From the NCBI GenBank assembly GCA_037308085.1, contig CP147779.1, forward strand, positions 992,001 through 1,056,000: a stretch of DNA of 64,000 nt, read 5' to 3'. The translations under genes were made by a program, and so were the position numbers. The stretch is from Promethearchaeati archaeon SRVP18_Atabeyarchaeia-1. GTDB taxonomy: Archaea; Asgardarchaeota; Atabeyarchaeia; Atabeyarchaeales; Atabeyarchaeaceae. The notes under the pieces were generated by a model, which was given only the letters and a program-made list of their open reading frames with translations, was not told the origin of the DNA and searched no databases. Positions 1-9,449 of the stretch are shown one piece after another (the first letter of the stretch is position 1; each line of letters opens with the position of its first letter).

Positions 1-234
1 GTTGCCAAAGAGATGATTGCCCGTACCAAAGCATTCTCGATACTCAGAGGAGCGAGAGGAATAAAGCCCTACGACGTGGACGCGATATCGGAGATGCTCC
101 TCAGACTCTCACAACTTGTCACAGAATTCCCTGAAATAACTGAAGCCGACATCAACCCCGTGTTCGCCTATCCTGCCGGCCAAGGATGCATAGCACTGGA
201 TGTGAAACTGATTGTAAGCGGAAAGAGCTTGTAG
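1..234 (+). CDS. C-terminal end of ADP-forming acetate-CoA ligase (ATP-grasp domain), partial
   Basis: Frame is open from base 1; 'LRGARG..PYDVDAI..LLRLSQLV.EFPEI.EADINP' is the typical ACD beta/ATP-grasp C-terminus. Confidence 0.85.
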   Translation, partial: VAKEMIARTKAFSILRGARGIKPYDVDAISEMLLRLSQLVTEFPEITEADINPVFAYPAGQGCIALDVKLIVSGKSL

Positions 235-638
235 AGTATTCGGACGGAGAAGAGCCCAGTAACCCCAACGCGTGGTTTGCACAACCAGAAACACTTAAAG
301 AGAGAGGAGGTGCAGAATGAAGCAAAATAGAGACGCCACGAGGCTAAGATAGAAGTCAGGAAGCGGACGAACAGTGCCCCATGTGCATCTTGAAATGAAA
401 TCCAGTGAGGTTCTTTGGAGGCTCAGGAACAAGAAAGCCTCTGCCACTTTCGTCGCATACTGTTTTTCATGAGAAATTATCGCTTCCTTTCCTCTGCTGG
501 CCCCCTTTTGGGATATGAGCTGTTTCCCGAAGTTTCGCTTTTTTTCCAGTAGCGATTTTCATTTGTCTTATGATTTCAGCGGTTTTCTCCTCGAAGTCCG
601 AGTAAGTGATCACTTTGATGAGGAGTTCTGAAAGGCAT

Positions 639-1613
639 TTACTCGCATATCTTATATGCGCGATCTGATGTTACTACGTAGATTCCGTAACCGGAATCAA
701 GGTAATCTTCTGCCTTCTTCTTAAGATGGTTCCAGTAATCAGTGCTTTCTAGTCCCGTGACTTCAAGTATCGTATGGCCAAACAGAAAGTCTGGTATGTA
801 CCAGTGCTCCCTGATTTTCAGGTTCTTGTGGAATTCAAAGCACGCACCATGGTTCTCTAATAGTTTCTTGACCCTAAGTTCGAGCATACTGTCTGCCCCT
901 TCTCGTTTCGCTTCTGGTGAACCAAACCCTGTAGATATTCTTCGCTTGAGAGGTCTTACCTCTTCCATGATCTTCCTGTATTTCTTTATGTTGTCTCGTC
1001 GTAGCCTTCCAGCCAGAGTTGGGTAGGCGACCTTGTATTTCTTAGCTATTTGCGTGACTGGTAGTCCCCTCGCAAGTTCAGTCCAGACCGTCTGTAGATC
1101 GACGTTCTTCTTCTCTGCATGTCGATGTTTCTTTGCTACTCTCGTGTAATTCCTTGCGTCATCCCGCCGCAGTCTATTAATCAGTGTTGCATGGCTCACA
1201 TCATATTCTTTAGCGACTCTTGTTAGCGACGTCCCTCCGTAAAGTTCAGTCCAGACTGCCTGCAGGTCTACGATCTTCTTCTCGGCATGTCGTCGAGTCA
1301 TCATTATTCCATCGTATTTCATTGGGTCGTCTCGTCGTAACTTTCTGGCCAAAGTTGCACGATTGATCTTGCGTTTCCTAGCTATTTCTGTGATCGGCAT
1401 CCCATTCTTGAGTTCAGCCCAAGTTGATCTTAGGTCCACAATCTCCTGCGCGTTTCGACGGGTCTTCATTATTTCAGCATATTTCCAGGCATCGTCTTGC
1501 TTCAGCCTATTTACCACAGTTGTATGACTTACGCCGTGCCTGCGAGCGATCGCTATTAGCGAAGTCCCAAGCTCCAGTTCACTCCATATGACCTGCAGAT
1601 CTATCTCCTTCAT
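639..1613 (-). CDS. Tandem HTH-repeat protein with C-terminal PD-(D/E)XK/DUF559-like nuclease domain; probably frameshifted near the C-terminus
   Basis: Four ~56-aa HTH repeats followed by 'S.LE..V..LL...G..F.F......YIPDF.....ILEV.G...YW....KK...Y...GY'; start moved to ATG 1613. Confidence 0.7.
   Translation of the reverse strand: MKEIDLQVIWSELELGTSLIAIARRHGVSHTTVVNRLKQDDAWKYAEIMKTRRNAQEIVDLRSTWAELKNGMPITEIARKRKINRATLARKLRRDDPMKYDGIMMTRRHAEKKIVDLQAVWTELYGGTSLTRVAKEYDVSHATLINRLRRDDARNYTRVAKKHRHAEKKNVDLQTVWTELARGLPVTQIAKKYKVAYPTLAGRLRRDNIKKYRKIMEEVRPLKRRISTGFGSPEAKREGADSMLELRVKKLLENHGACFEFHKNLKIREHWYIPDFLFGHTILEVTGLESTDYWNHLKKKAEDYLDSGYGIYVVTSDRAYKICE
966..1601 (-). repeat. Four intragenic tandem repeats of 55/56/56/~45 codons (DL..W.EL..G..I..IA....V...TL..RLRRDD...Y)
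   Basis: Directly visible in the translation; units 1/3 and 2/4 are most alike. Confidence 0.85.
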
Positions 1614-2125
1614 ATTCCTTCCTTTTCCTACTTCACCTCTTTCTCGCGGCATGTTTCTCCGAATTGTGCTGCACATGCGCATCTGGTTACCCTCGCATCT
1701 TCTTTTGCAGTCGGAGAGTACTTCTCCTCCTTGCTTGGAGGAGGAGACTGATTCACTGATGTGCGCACTTGCTCCTTGAGGAGGTCATCATATGTTTTCT
1801 ATGAGACGATTTTCTCCGATGGCGATAGAGTGATCCTCCGTTTCCCTTGGATCTATTTAGACTCAACCAATCAAGTTCTCGAGCTCCGTCATATACCTTG
1901 ATCATGCTAATTGGTGCAATTTGGCGACTCATGAATTTCTACAATGAATCAGCAGATCACGGCTTAAAAGACTAAGAATAACTAGTAATCAGTCATTTCT
2001 GTAAGTTCAGCCCGGCTCGGCAGGTATGACTTTGAGTGGAAGATCACCTTAAAATATGCAAGGATGATTAATCCCAAGTGTGACAAGGCTAAAGAGACTT
2101 CAAGTTATCACTGAAGGGTTCGTGA

Positions 2126-3214
2126 TTGAATATGGCTAAATCCCTTTACGTAGTTTCGTCCAACGAGTTTTCTGGCAAGACTGCCGTTTGTTTGGGCTTG
2201 GCGCTCAGATTTAAGAAAGCCGGCCTGAAGGTGTCATACTTCAAACCCATAGCGCCCGCAATAAGTACAATAAGGGCGGGTCACCCGCATGATGACGACG
2301 CTCAGCTGATGATCGACACTCTCGGTCTGCCGTATCCTCTCACAACTGCAGTGGCAGGCTTTCTCGAGCGCCGCTACCTCGACAAGGTATCGCCAGAGTA
2401 TAGAGAGAACCTGATGAATAAGATAGACAAATCCTTCAAGGAAGTATCTAAAGACGCGGACGTAGTGATAGTGGAAGGTTGCAGAAGGTTCCGGGACGGA
2501 ATTGCGCTCGGCCTTGACCCCACTAGCCTTGCCAAGAGACTCGGATCTAAAATGCTAATTGTCTGCAAGGGTGGGGAAGACACCGTGGCCGACAAGATCA
2601 TAATCGAGAAAATGGTAACCGACTCGAATGAAGTCGACTTGATGGGGTGCGTTGTCAATAATGTCCCAAGAACGATGATAGAACGCGTTGAGGGGGTAGT
2701 CAGACCAATATTGGAGTCCAAGGGTGTCAATATTCTTGGGGTGATTCCCGAGGAGACTGGACTAACAGCCCCATCAGTAGCAGATATCCAAGCAGCACTT
2801 CAGGGCGAGGTGCTGGCAGGCGAGGAGAACTTCGATAGGATGGTCAGACAGATACTGGTAGGGGCGATGACTCCGAGCTCTGCGCTTAGGTTTTTGAGGA
2901 GCGCGGAGGATAAAGTTGTCGTTACTGGAGGAGACAGGGCCGACATAGCACTACTTGCGCTTGAGACTGATACCTCTCTTCTCGTGCTCACTGGAAACAT
3001 GTATCCCGATGTGCATGTTATCTCTAAGGCTAAAGAGAAGAAAGTGCCGGTGATCCTAGTTCCTGAGGACACATATGCGACTGTAAGCAAGATCGAGTCG
3101 GTTACAGGACGAATAAAGCCAGGTGATCAGAAGAAGATTTCCTTTGCAGAGCAGATTGTCACGAACTTTGTTGACTGGAAGCGCATACTTCAGACGCTCG
3201 GCGTCGAATTATAG
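2126..3214 (+). CDS. Phosphotransacetylase N-terminal-like protein (BioD-like AAA_26 + DRTGG)
   Basis: SGKT P-loop, YFKP, IVEG, 'VGAM', 'VTGGDRADI', 'LTGN' motifs. Confidence 0.85.
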   Translation: MNMAKSLYVVSSNEFSGKTAVCLGLALRFKKAGLKVSYFKPIAPAISTIRAGHPHDDDAQLMIDTLGLPYPLTTAVAGFLERRYLDKVSPEYRENLMNKIDKSFKEVSKDADVVIVEGCRRFRDGIALGLDPTSLAKRLGSKMLIVCKGGEDTVADKIIIEKMVTDSNEVDLMGCVVNNVPRTMIERVEGVVRPILESKGVNILGVIPEETGLTAPSVADIQAALQGEVLAGEENFDRMVRQILVGAMTPSSALRFLRSAEDKVVVTGGDRADIALLALETDTSLLVLTGNMYPDVHVISKAKEKKVPVILVPEDTYATVSKIESVTGRIKPGDQKKISFAEQIVTNFVDWKRILQTLGVEL

Positions 3215-3448
3215 ACATCGGTTTGGATCGGAAAAATGAGTCGCCAATTAAAGAGCCTTGTTCGTTGACTCCTAATTGCTCATGAAGTGATCCGCAGACA
3301 AAATGGAATGTGACCAGGAATATGCTTTAATGCAGCTAGCCTCTGCCTACAAGGCTTGAGCGCAAAATAGAGTCTCAAGTTGAATTGGGCTGAAGAGCTT
3401 CTGCAGACGGATTGGGAATAAGCCCTCACGCAGGGGAGGTAGGATTCC

Positions 3449-4480
3449 TTGGCCGAAGTTGCTGTCTCGATGGAGAACCTAACAAAGAGGTTCGGAGACA
3501 TAGTGGCAGTTGACCATATCAGCCTAGAGATCAAAAAAGGAGAGATCTTCGGTCTCCTTGGACCGAATGGGGCTGGCAAAACTACCACCATAAGGATGCT
3601 CTGTACCCTCCTTGAGCCAACGAGTGGCACGGCGAAGGTTGCCGGGTATGACATAAGAAAACAGCCAGCTGATGTCAGACGCAACATAGGAGTGGTTTCT
3701 GAAGGGGTTGACCTCTACGGCGACCTAACAGCAAGAGAAAACTTGGTGCTCTTGGGTAAACTATTCGGCGTGCCTAAGAAGACGTTAATGAAGAGAATCG
3801 ACGAACTCATTGACTTTATCGGGCTTACCGGCAGGGCCAATGATCTCGTCTCAACGTTCTCGACGGGTATGAGAAAGAAAACTCTTATAGTGGCGTCCCT
3901 GATTCACAACCCTCAGCTTCTTTACTTGGATGAGGTGACGAGTGGGCTTGACCCCCAGACAGCAGTCTCAGTAAGGGAATTGACTCAGAAGCTTCGCGAA
4001 CAAGGAATCACAATAATATGGACAACCCATTACTTGGATGAGCCAGACAAGATATGCGATCGGGTGGGGATCATATATGGGGGAAGAATACTTGCGCTGG
4101 GTACCCCGAGAGAAGTGAAGAACATAGCATCCAGCTCAGCTACGTTAGAGTTCACTCTCAACAGCTCGCCTCCCCGAGAATGCATCGAATACTTCAAGAA
4201 GCTCGAAGGGGTGTTAGCGGTCAACGCAACTGGTAATACCCTGGACTTGACAGTTCATAATCATGAGGCATCCGTATCACGCATCATAGAATGTCTAACC
4301 AACTACAGAATGAAGATCACTGATCTTGCCAAGAAGGAACCCTCCCTTGAGGAGGCATTTCTCAAGTTGATTAGCGATGCCTCGGCTAAGGAATCGGAAG
4401 GCGCAAGAAGCGTAGAATCAGAAGTAGAGCGCCTCCGAAAAGAAATCGCTGAGGCAATAGACAAGATCAAGTCGGAATAA
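3449..4480 (+). CDS. ABC-2 type exporter ATP-binding protein
   Basis: GPNGAGKTT, FSTGM, LYLDE, TTH motifs; DUF4162-like tail. Confidence 0.9.
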   Translation: MAEVAVSMENLTKRFGDIVAVDHISLEIKKGEIFGLLGPNGAGKTTTIRMLCTLLEPTSGTAKVAGYDIRKQPADVRRNIGVVSEGVDLYGDLTARENLVLLGKLFGVPKKTLMKRIDELIDFIGLTGRANDLVSTFSTGMRKKTLIVASLIHNPQLLYLDEVTSGLDPQTAVSVRELTQKLREQGITIIWTTHYLDEPDKICDRVGIIYGGRILALGTPREVKNIASSSATLEFTLNSSPPRECIEYFKKLEGVLAVNATGNTLDLTVHNHEASVSRIIECLTNYRMKITDLAKKEPSLEEAFLKLISDASAKESEGARSVESEVERLRKEIAEAIDKIKSE

Positions 4481-4507
4481 GAGAAGGAAGATTTCGCACT
4501 TCACCAC

Positions 4508-5701
4508 TTGTCGTGTTCACAAGGACAATTATCGGTGAATCTGGTGAGAAGCTTGGGTCGACGCAGGGGATTGAGCACTGTCTACGATATCTCACTGGTG
4601 ACTCGTAAGGAGGTGCGGCAACTCTGGCGTGACAAGGCAAGCCTCACTCTGACATTCATAATACCTGTCGTGATACTGCTTGCATTCGGAGTCACAATCC
4701 CGTCTTCCTCATCGCTCGCCGCAACGAATGTTCCGATAAATACAGTCGTGTGTGATTTCGATAACACCACACTGTCACACGACTTCACGGCGATCATCGG
4801 CAACTCGACGTCGCTCTCACTGACTTTTCTGCAAGACGCCTCTCAGGCGAGATCTGGAGTTGAGTGGGGAACGTATTCAGCCGCCATAATAATCTACCAA
4901 GGATTCGCGGCAAACATCACGCGCCGGCCCTACCCGAGTAATATCAGCGTCACTTTGATAGTCGATGACTCAAAGTCGTACATAGTGGAGATAGTTCAAG
5001 GACAGGTTGCCAATGCGACTCAGATTTTCTTGGACCGAATAGGATTCCAATACGTCTCAACTTTCACACTTACCCAGGATAAGTTGAGCGGAAGGGATCT
5101 CTCATTCCGGTCAACGGCTGCCGCTCCAGTAATGGGCATCGCACTAGTATTCGGCTGTTTTGACGATGCGGCGGGATCCATGGCCCGGGAGCGGGAGCGA
5201 GGAACCTTCAGCCGGCTACTTTTGACGCCAATCAATAGACTCAGCATATTTATGGGAAAGACAATCTCCAGCATGATCCTAACTGTGGTGAGGACATCGC
5301 TTCTTCTTCTCGTCCTATTCTACTACCTCAATGTATCAATATCGGGTAGCCTGCTTCTAGTATTCCTGATAGCTCTCCTTATCGACACGACGACAGTAGC
5401 TCTAGGATTCGCGATCTCCTCTAGAGCGAAGAACACAAGGAGCGTTGTGATAGCCCAGATAGCTATCATGATCCCACTGATCTTTCTTACAGGTGTACTA
5501 AGACCACCAGAAGCCATGCCCGACTATGCGAGAGGGCTCGTCAATGCGATACCCTATACCTATGCAAACGATGCATTCAGGCGTGTAGTCAACTTGGGGC
5601 AGGGAATCCAATTCATATTGGGAGACATGGCGGTGCTCTTGGCAGCGACCATAATACTATTTGCGGTAGCCGCGACAATGATGAAGAGAAGCATAGTATA
5701 G
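4508..5701 (+). CDS. ABC-2 type exporter permease
   Basis: N-terminal TM, extracellular domain, 'ERERGT..RLLLTP', multiple C-terminal TMs. Confidence 0.88.
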   Translation: MSCSQGQLSVNLVRSLGRRRGLSTVYDISLVTRKEVRQLWRDKASLTLTFIIPVVILLAFGVTIPSSSSLAATNVPINTVVCDFDNTTLSHDFTAIIGNSTSLSLTFLQDASQARSGVEWGTYSAAIIIYQGFAANITRRPYPSNISVTLIVDDSKSYIVEIVQGQVANATQIFLDRIGFQYVSTFTLTQDKLSGRDLSFRSTAAAPVMGIALVFGCFDDAAGSMARERERGTFSRLLLTPINRLSIFMGKTISSMILTVVRTSLLLLVLFYYLNVSISGSLLLVFLIALLIDTTTVALGFAISSRAKNTRSVVIAQIAIMIPLIFLTGVLRPPEAMPDYARGLVNAIPYTYANDAFRRVVNLGQGIQFILGDMAVLLAATIILFAVAATMMKRSIV

Positions 5702-5710
5702 GAAAGGAGA

Positions 5711-6475
5711 GTGGCCACTTCCATGGTTAGACTCAGCGGATCCCCCAGAAGCAACAGAAATGCCAAGAGACTGATCTCAGTGTCTACCATGGCAGGCATT
5801 ATCCTAGTCTGCGCCCTCTTAGGTCAATTGCCTACCACCACCCCATCGCAACTAGCTCCTACGTCGAGTCCAGCAGTTGTTCCCATGGGCGGAAACCCAT
5901 ACTGGAACATGGTGGGAACAATGGTTCTTTACAGAAACGGCTCCAAAGCTGGTAACCAGCCGTACTGGGTCGCACAATCTTTCCAAGTGACGAAGCCGGC
6001 ACCAGCATCAGTAATAGCGGGGCTCATAGTGTACGTCTGGTTAGCAAGAGACGTTCCACTGAATCAATCATTTCCGGAAACGGCTGACAATATCACTGTC
6101 CTGCTTGTCAACATTATGAATGGGACTCCAGACATCCCGAACCCAATCAGCAACCAAACGGTCAGCCCAGCAAACATATCGGCTGTAGGTCCGTATCCAC
6201 GAGGTGTAATGCAAACCAACAGTAGCCTCGCTATCCGTCTAAGTTTCTCCGCGCCAAGCCCCCTCGGTTTTGCAGAAGGAGAGTATGCGGTCTTCCTGTA
6301 CCGCAATAACTTGGGCGATAATGATGACTACCACATAGGGTATGCGTACTATTGGGCAGCCTCAAAGCTAGACATCTACTACGGCGGAGGAAGCTGGTCA
6401 CTTGACACAAACGGGACTTGGAGATACTATCCCATCGACATGTGCTTTGCGCTAGCCGAGATCACTGTCCCGTGA
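5711..6475 (+). CDS. Hypothetical secreted/membrane-anchored beta-rich protein
   Basis: Basic N-terminus, hydrophobic segment, T/P/S linker, aromatic-rich domain; starts 9 nt after the permease. Confidence 0.6.
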   Translation: MATSMVRLSGSPRSNRNAKRLISVSTMAGIILVCALLGQLPTTTPSQLAPTSSPAVVPMGGNPYWNMVGTMVLYRNGSKAGNQPYWVAQSFQVTKPAPASVIAGLIVYVWLARDVPLNQSFPETADNITVLLVNIMNGTPDIPNPISNQTVSPANISAVGPYPRGVMQTNSSLAIRLSFSAPSPLGFAEGEYAVFLYRNNLGDNDDYHIGYAYYWAASKLDIYYGGGSWSLDTNGTWRYYPIDMCFALAEITVP

Positions 6476-6658
6476 CTACGATAAGATTAAAAGCGAAGCA
6501 AAACTATTCTTTCCCAAAATACCTTTCGTTCTCAGGGGTTTCCCCTTAATGATATGCTTCTAACTTTTATTGAAGCTCTATGGTTAGAGCAGCGTGGCTT
6601 GCTCAGGGGGTAGCAGGCAACCTGCTTTGTACGGCGATAGAAGCGAGGGCGATCATGG

Positions 6659-8581
6659 TTGTCTGGAACCGATGATGAAGAATATTCCCTAAGGCGCGAG
6701 GTAGGCTGGTTCGGTTCCTTCTCCATGGGTTACGCCGACGTTGGTGCCGACATATACGTAGCCCTCGGATTGGTGGCACTGTACGCCGCTGGCGCAGCCC
6801 CAGTGGCATTCGGCATAGCGTCAATAACCTACATCTGTACGGCAATGGCCTATTCGGAACTCGCCTCGACATACCCGTACTCGGGCGGCGCCCACGTCTA
6901 TGCCATGAAAGCTTCAAACGATTTCGTGGGTTTCATAGCAGGATGGGCGGTAATGCTCGACTATACAATCGACATATCACTTTTCGCGCTGGCGACAGCC
7001 GGATACATCTCTTTCTTCATTCCGGGACTAGGGACCCTGTCAATAGCGATTTCCCTCTTTGGATTCCAAATCAGCATTCCATATGTGGGGTTGCTCGCTT
7101 TCTCGTTAGTGATGTTCCTTCTCGTAATCAATGTCATTGGAATACATGAGTCATCGACGCTAAATGTGGTTCTGGTGTCACTGGATCTCGTTATCGAGTC
7201 AATAGTCCTAATACTGGGTTTCGCGCTCTCATTCAACTCTTCAACTTTTGTTAGTCAGGTAACGACACCTGGAGCAAATGTGAAGTACCCAGAACTGTCA
7301 TATATCTTCGGCCAAGATGTGAGGGCAGAGAACTTCATCTATGGCGTAACGCTTGCTATGTCCAGTTTCATAGGGATCGAATCCATTGCTCAGGCAGCAG
7401 AGGAAACCAAGAAACCCCATAAATGGCTACCGAGAGCAAGCAAGCTCTCAATAGTTTCCGTCATAATATTCGCCGTGGGGCTTTCGACTCTCGCCATGGG
7501 TATGATTCCATGGGGCACTCTCGCTGGAAACAAGCTCAACCCAGTGGCCCTAATTGCAAGTAACATTCCTGTTGTGGGGTTTCTTCTCTCGATCTTAGTA
7601 GGGTTTACTGGAGTGGCAATTTGCTATGCATCAACTAACACCGGAATAATCGGCGTGTCGAGAATTGTCTTCTCCATGGGCCGTTATCAGCTGTTGCCCA
7701 GATGGTTCTACAAAGTACACCCGAGAACGAAGACACCCTACAGAACAATCATCATATTTGGACTAATAGGCGCCTCGATCGCTCTGGTAGGAGAGCTTCA
7801 GTTTGTTGCTGATCTGTACAACTTTGGCGCGCTACTTTCCTACATCATAGTCAACATTTCCTTGATAATCCTTAGAAATAGAGACAAAGAAGCCTACAGG
7901 CCTTGGAAAGTTCCGCTGGGCATAAAGATAAAGATCGGAGGGAGAAGGATGCTACTTCCGATCGTGTCAGTCATCGGAGCAATTAGTTGCACCATAATAT
8001 GGCTCTTAGTCGTGACATATCACCCAGCCGGAAGACTGTTCGGCACGACATGGATTCTCATAGGCATAATCGGATACATAGCCTACAGGAAGCACGTTGG
8101 TCTTCCTGCTTTCAAAGCAACAATGGGCAAGAAAATCCGTCCCGGCGCCTATCTCATGAATGCGCTGGTCTTGATCAGGCTTCCCGAAGACGAGGAGATA
8201 GTTCTCTCGACAATCAAGAAAAACTTGGACCTGCGCCTGTCGATAACTCTCTGCAATTTGGTGGATCCAGACGAGTACGGATTGGTCATGGACAACGTCA
8301 AATCGTATTCAATACTGAGATCGCTTGAAGAGGAGAGCATACTAGAAGTGAAAAGGATGACCAAGAAGCTGAAGAAGATGGGATACAGGTCTCGTGGCAA
8401 GGTTCTAGTCGGCCATGCTGATGATGTGCTGGACAAAGAAGCCCAGTCGGACGATAATGATCTGGTAGTTCTGATCAAGAGAAGGGCTGGGAAAGCAGGA
8501 ATGGAGAAGCACATGACTGAAGCATTCAGCGTCGCATCCAAGTATCCAGGAAAAGTAATGATTATTCGGAGGCAAGACTAA
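6659..8581 (+). CDS. APC family amino acid permease with C-terminal USP-like domain
   Basis: 'GADIY', 'YSELASTYP.SGG', 'GIESIAQAAEE'; ~12 TMs and a soluble C-terminal domain. Confidence 0.88.
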   Translation: MSGTDDEEYSLRREVGWFGSFSMGYADVGADIYVALGLVALYAAGAAPVAFGIASITYICTAMAYSELASTYPYSGGAHVYAMKASNDFVGFIAGWAVMLDYTIDISLFALATAGYISFFIPGLGTLSIAISLFGFQISIPYVGLLAFSLVMFLLVINVIGIHESSTLNVVLVSLDLVIESIVLILGFALSFNSSTFVSQVTTPGANVKYPELSYIFGQDVRAENFIYGVTLAMSSFIGIESIAQAAEETKKPHKWLPRASKLSIVSVIIFAVGLSTLAMGMIPWGTLAGNKLNPVALIASNIPVVGFLLSILVGFTGVAICYASTNTGIIGVSRIVFSMGRYQLLPRWFYKVHPRTKTPYRTIIIFGLIGASIALVGELQFVADLYNFGALLSYIIVNISLIILRNRDKEAYRPWKVPLGIKIKIGGRRMLLPIVSVIGAISCTIIWLLVVTYHPAGRLFGTTWILIGIIGYIAYRKHVGLPAFKATMGKKIRPGAYLMNALVLIRLPEDEEIVLSTIKKNLDLRLSITLCNLVDPDEYGLVMDNVKSYSILRSLEEESILEVKRMTKKLKKMGYRSRGKVLVGHADDVLDKEAQSDDNDLVVLIKRRAGKAGMEKHMTEAFSVASKYPGKVMIIRRQD

Positions 8582-8626
8582 TATCGTTTATAGATCAGAT
8601 AGAACCAATATACACAAAGAAGATTC

Positions 8627-8920
8627 TTGAAGGGGTTGAGACTGCAATTGCCAAAAGGGATCTTGTCTATCATCAACATATTCGTTGAATCTAAGATGCT
8701 TGATAATGTCGTCAAGAGTGTATTGGAACTCCCTGAAGTGACAGACGTCTTCGAGGTCACAGGCGAATACGATGTCGTTGTCTTGGTCAGAACCAAAGAC
8801 ATACTTGAGTTCCGCTCGCTCATTAAGAACAGGATCTTGAAGATACCTGGGATAAGAAGCACCGTTACGGCAGTCGTGTTGTATGCACACAAGATGGGAG
8901 GCCAAATCGTCTCGGAGTGA
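8627..8920 (+). CDS. Lrp/AsnC ligand-binding (RAM) domain protein without HTH
   Basis: 'PEV..VFEVTGEYDVVV.V....I.E....I...I..IPGIRST.T'. Confidence 0.85.
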   Translation: MKGLRLQLPKGILSIINIFVESKMLDNVVKSVLELPEVTDVFEVTGEYDVVVLVRTKDILEFRSLIKNRILKIPGIRSTVTAVVLYAHKMGGQIVSE

Positions 8921-8944
8921 TATGCCTGTTTAGTTGGTGAACTA

Positions 8945-9445
8945 ATGGGCGCAGAAGGTGAGGAAAAACTGGTTGCTGATCAAGGAGATGAGCATGCAAA
9001 CAAGATTCTGATCCCGCTAGGGCCTACATTAGACAAACCTAAGATGGCTGCTGCATTACAGGCGTTGTCATCCTTCAGGAACCCACTTCTCGTGCTATTC
9101 CACGTGATTGAACTTCCAAGTAGAACCGCGCCCTTGGATTCAGCTTATTATGATAGTGAGTTCAAGGAAGCCGAGAAAAAGTACCTGCTTGATGCCACAC
9201 GATGGCTTAAGGATCAAGGGTATCATGTGCAGACCAAGGTTGCTGTCGCTCGGGAGGTCACCGACGGGATCATCGTAGAAGCAAACAACGGCGAATATGT
9301 TGCCGTGCTGCTTCTGAAGAGACGAGCTGAGAAGGGTTTCCTGCGACGGCACAGGAGTGTCAGTGAAAAGGTCTCAAGGTATGTGGAGTGTCTCGTCATA
9401 ACCCAGCTCGTTGGAGAAGCAGAAAAACAGCGGTCTATCCACTAG
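8945..9445 (+). CDS. Universal stress protein
   Basis: 'KILIP', 'LFHVIE', 'SVSEKV' USP fold pattern. Confidence 0.75.
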   Translation: MGAEGEEKLVADQGDEHANKILIPLGPTLDKPKMAAALQALSSFRNPLLVLFHVIELPSRTAPLDSAYYDSEFKEAEKKYLLDATRWLKDQGYHVQTKVAVAREVTDGIIVEANNGEYVAVLLLKRRAEKGFLRRHRSVSEKVSRYVECLVITQLVGEAEKQRSIH

Positions 9446-9449
9446 ACAG

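Noticed and set aside
290-470. SD plus ATG at ~317 with an early TAG and a nearby CPMC in another frame
   Set aside because: Only 11 codons; no support for readthrough or a real gene.
1625-1800. Short minus-strand open frame (KTYDDLLKE...) and a ctcctcc/ggaggag hairpin upstream of the HTH nuclease
   Set aside because: No convincing start or recognisable domain.
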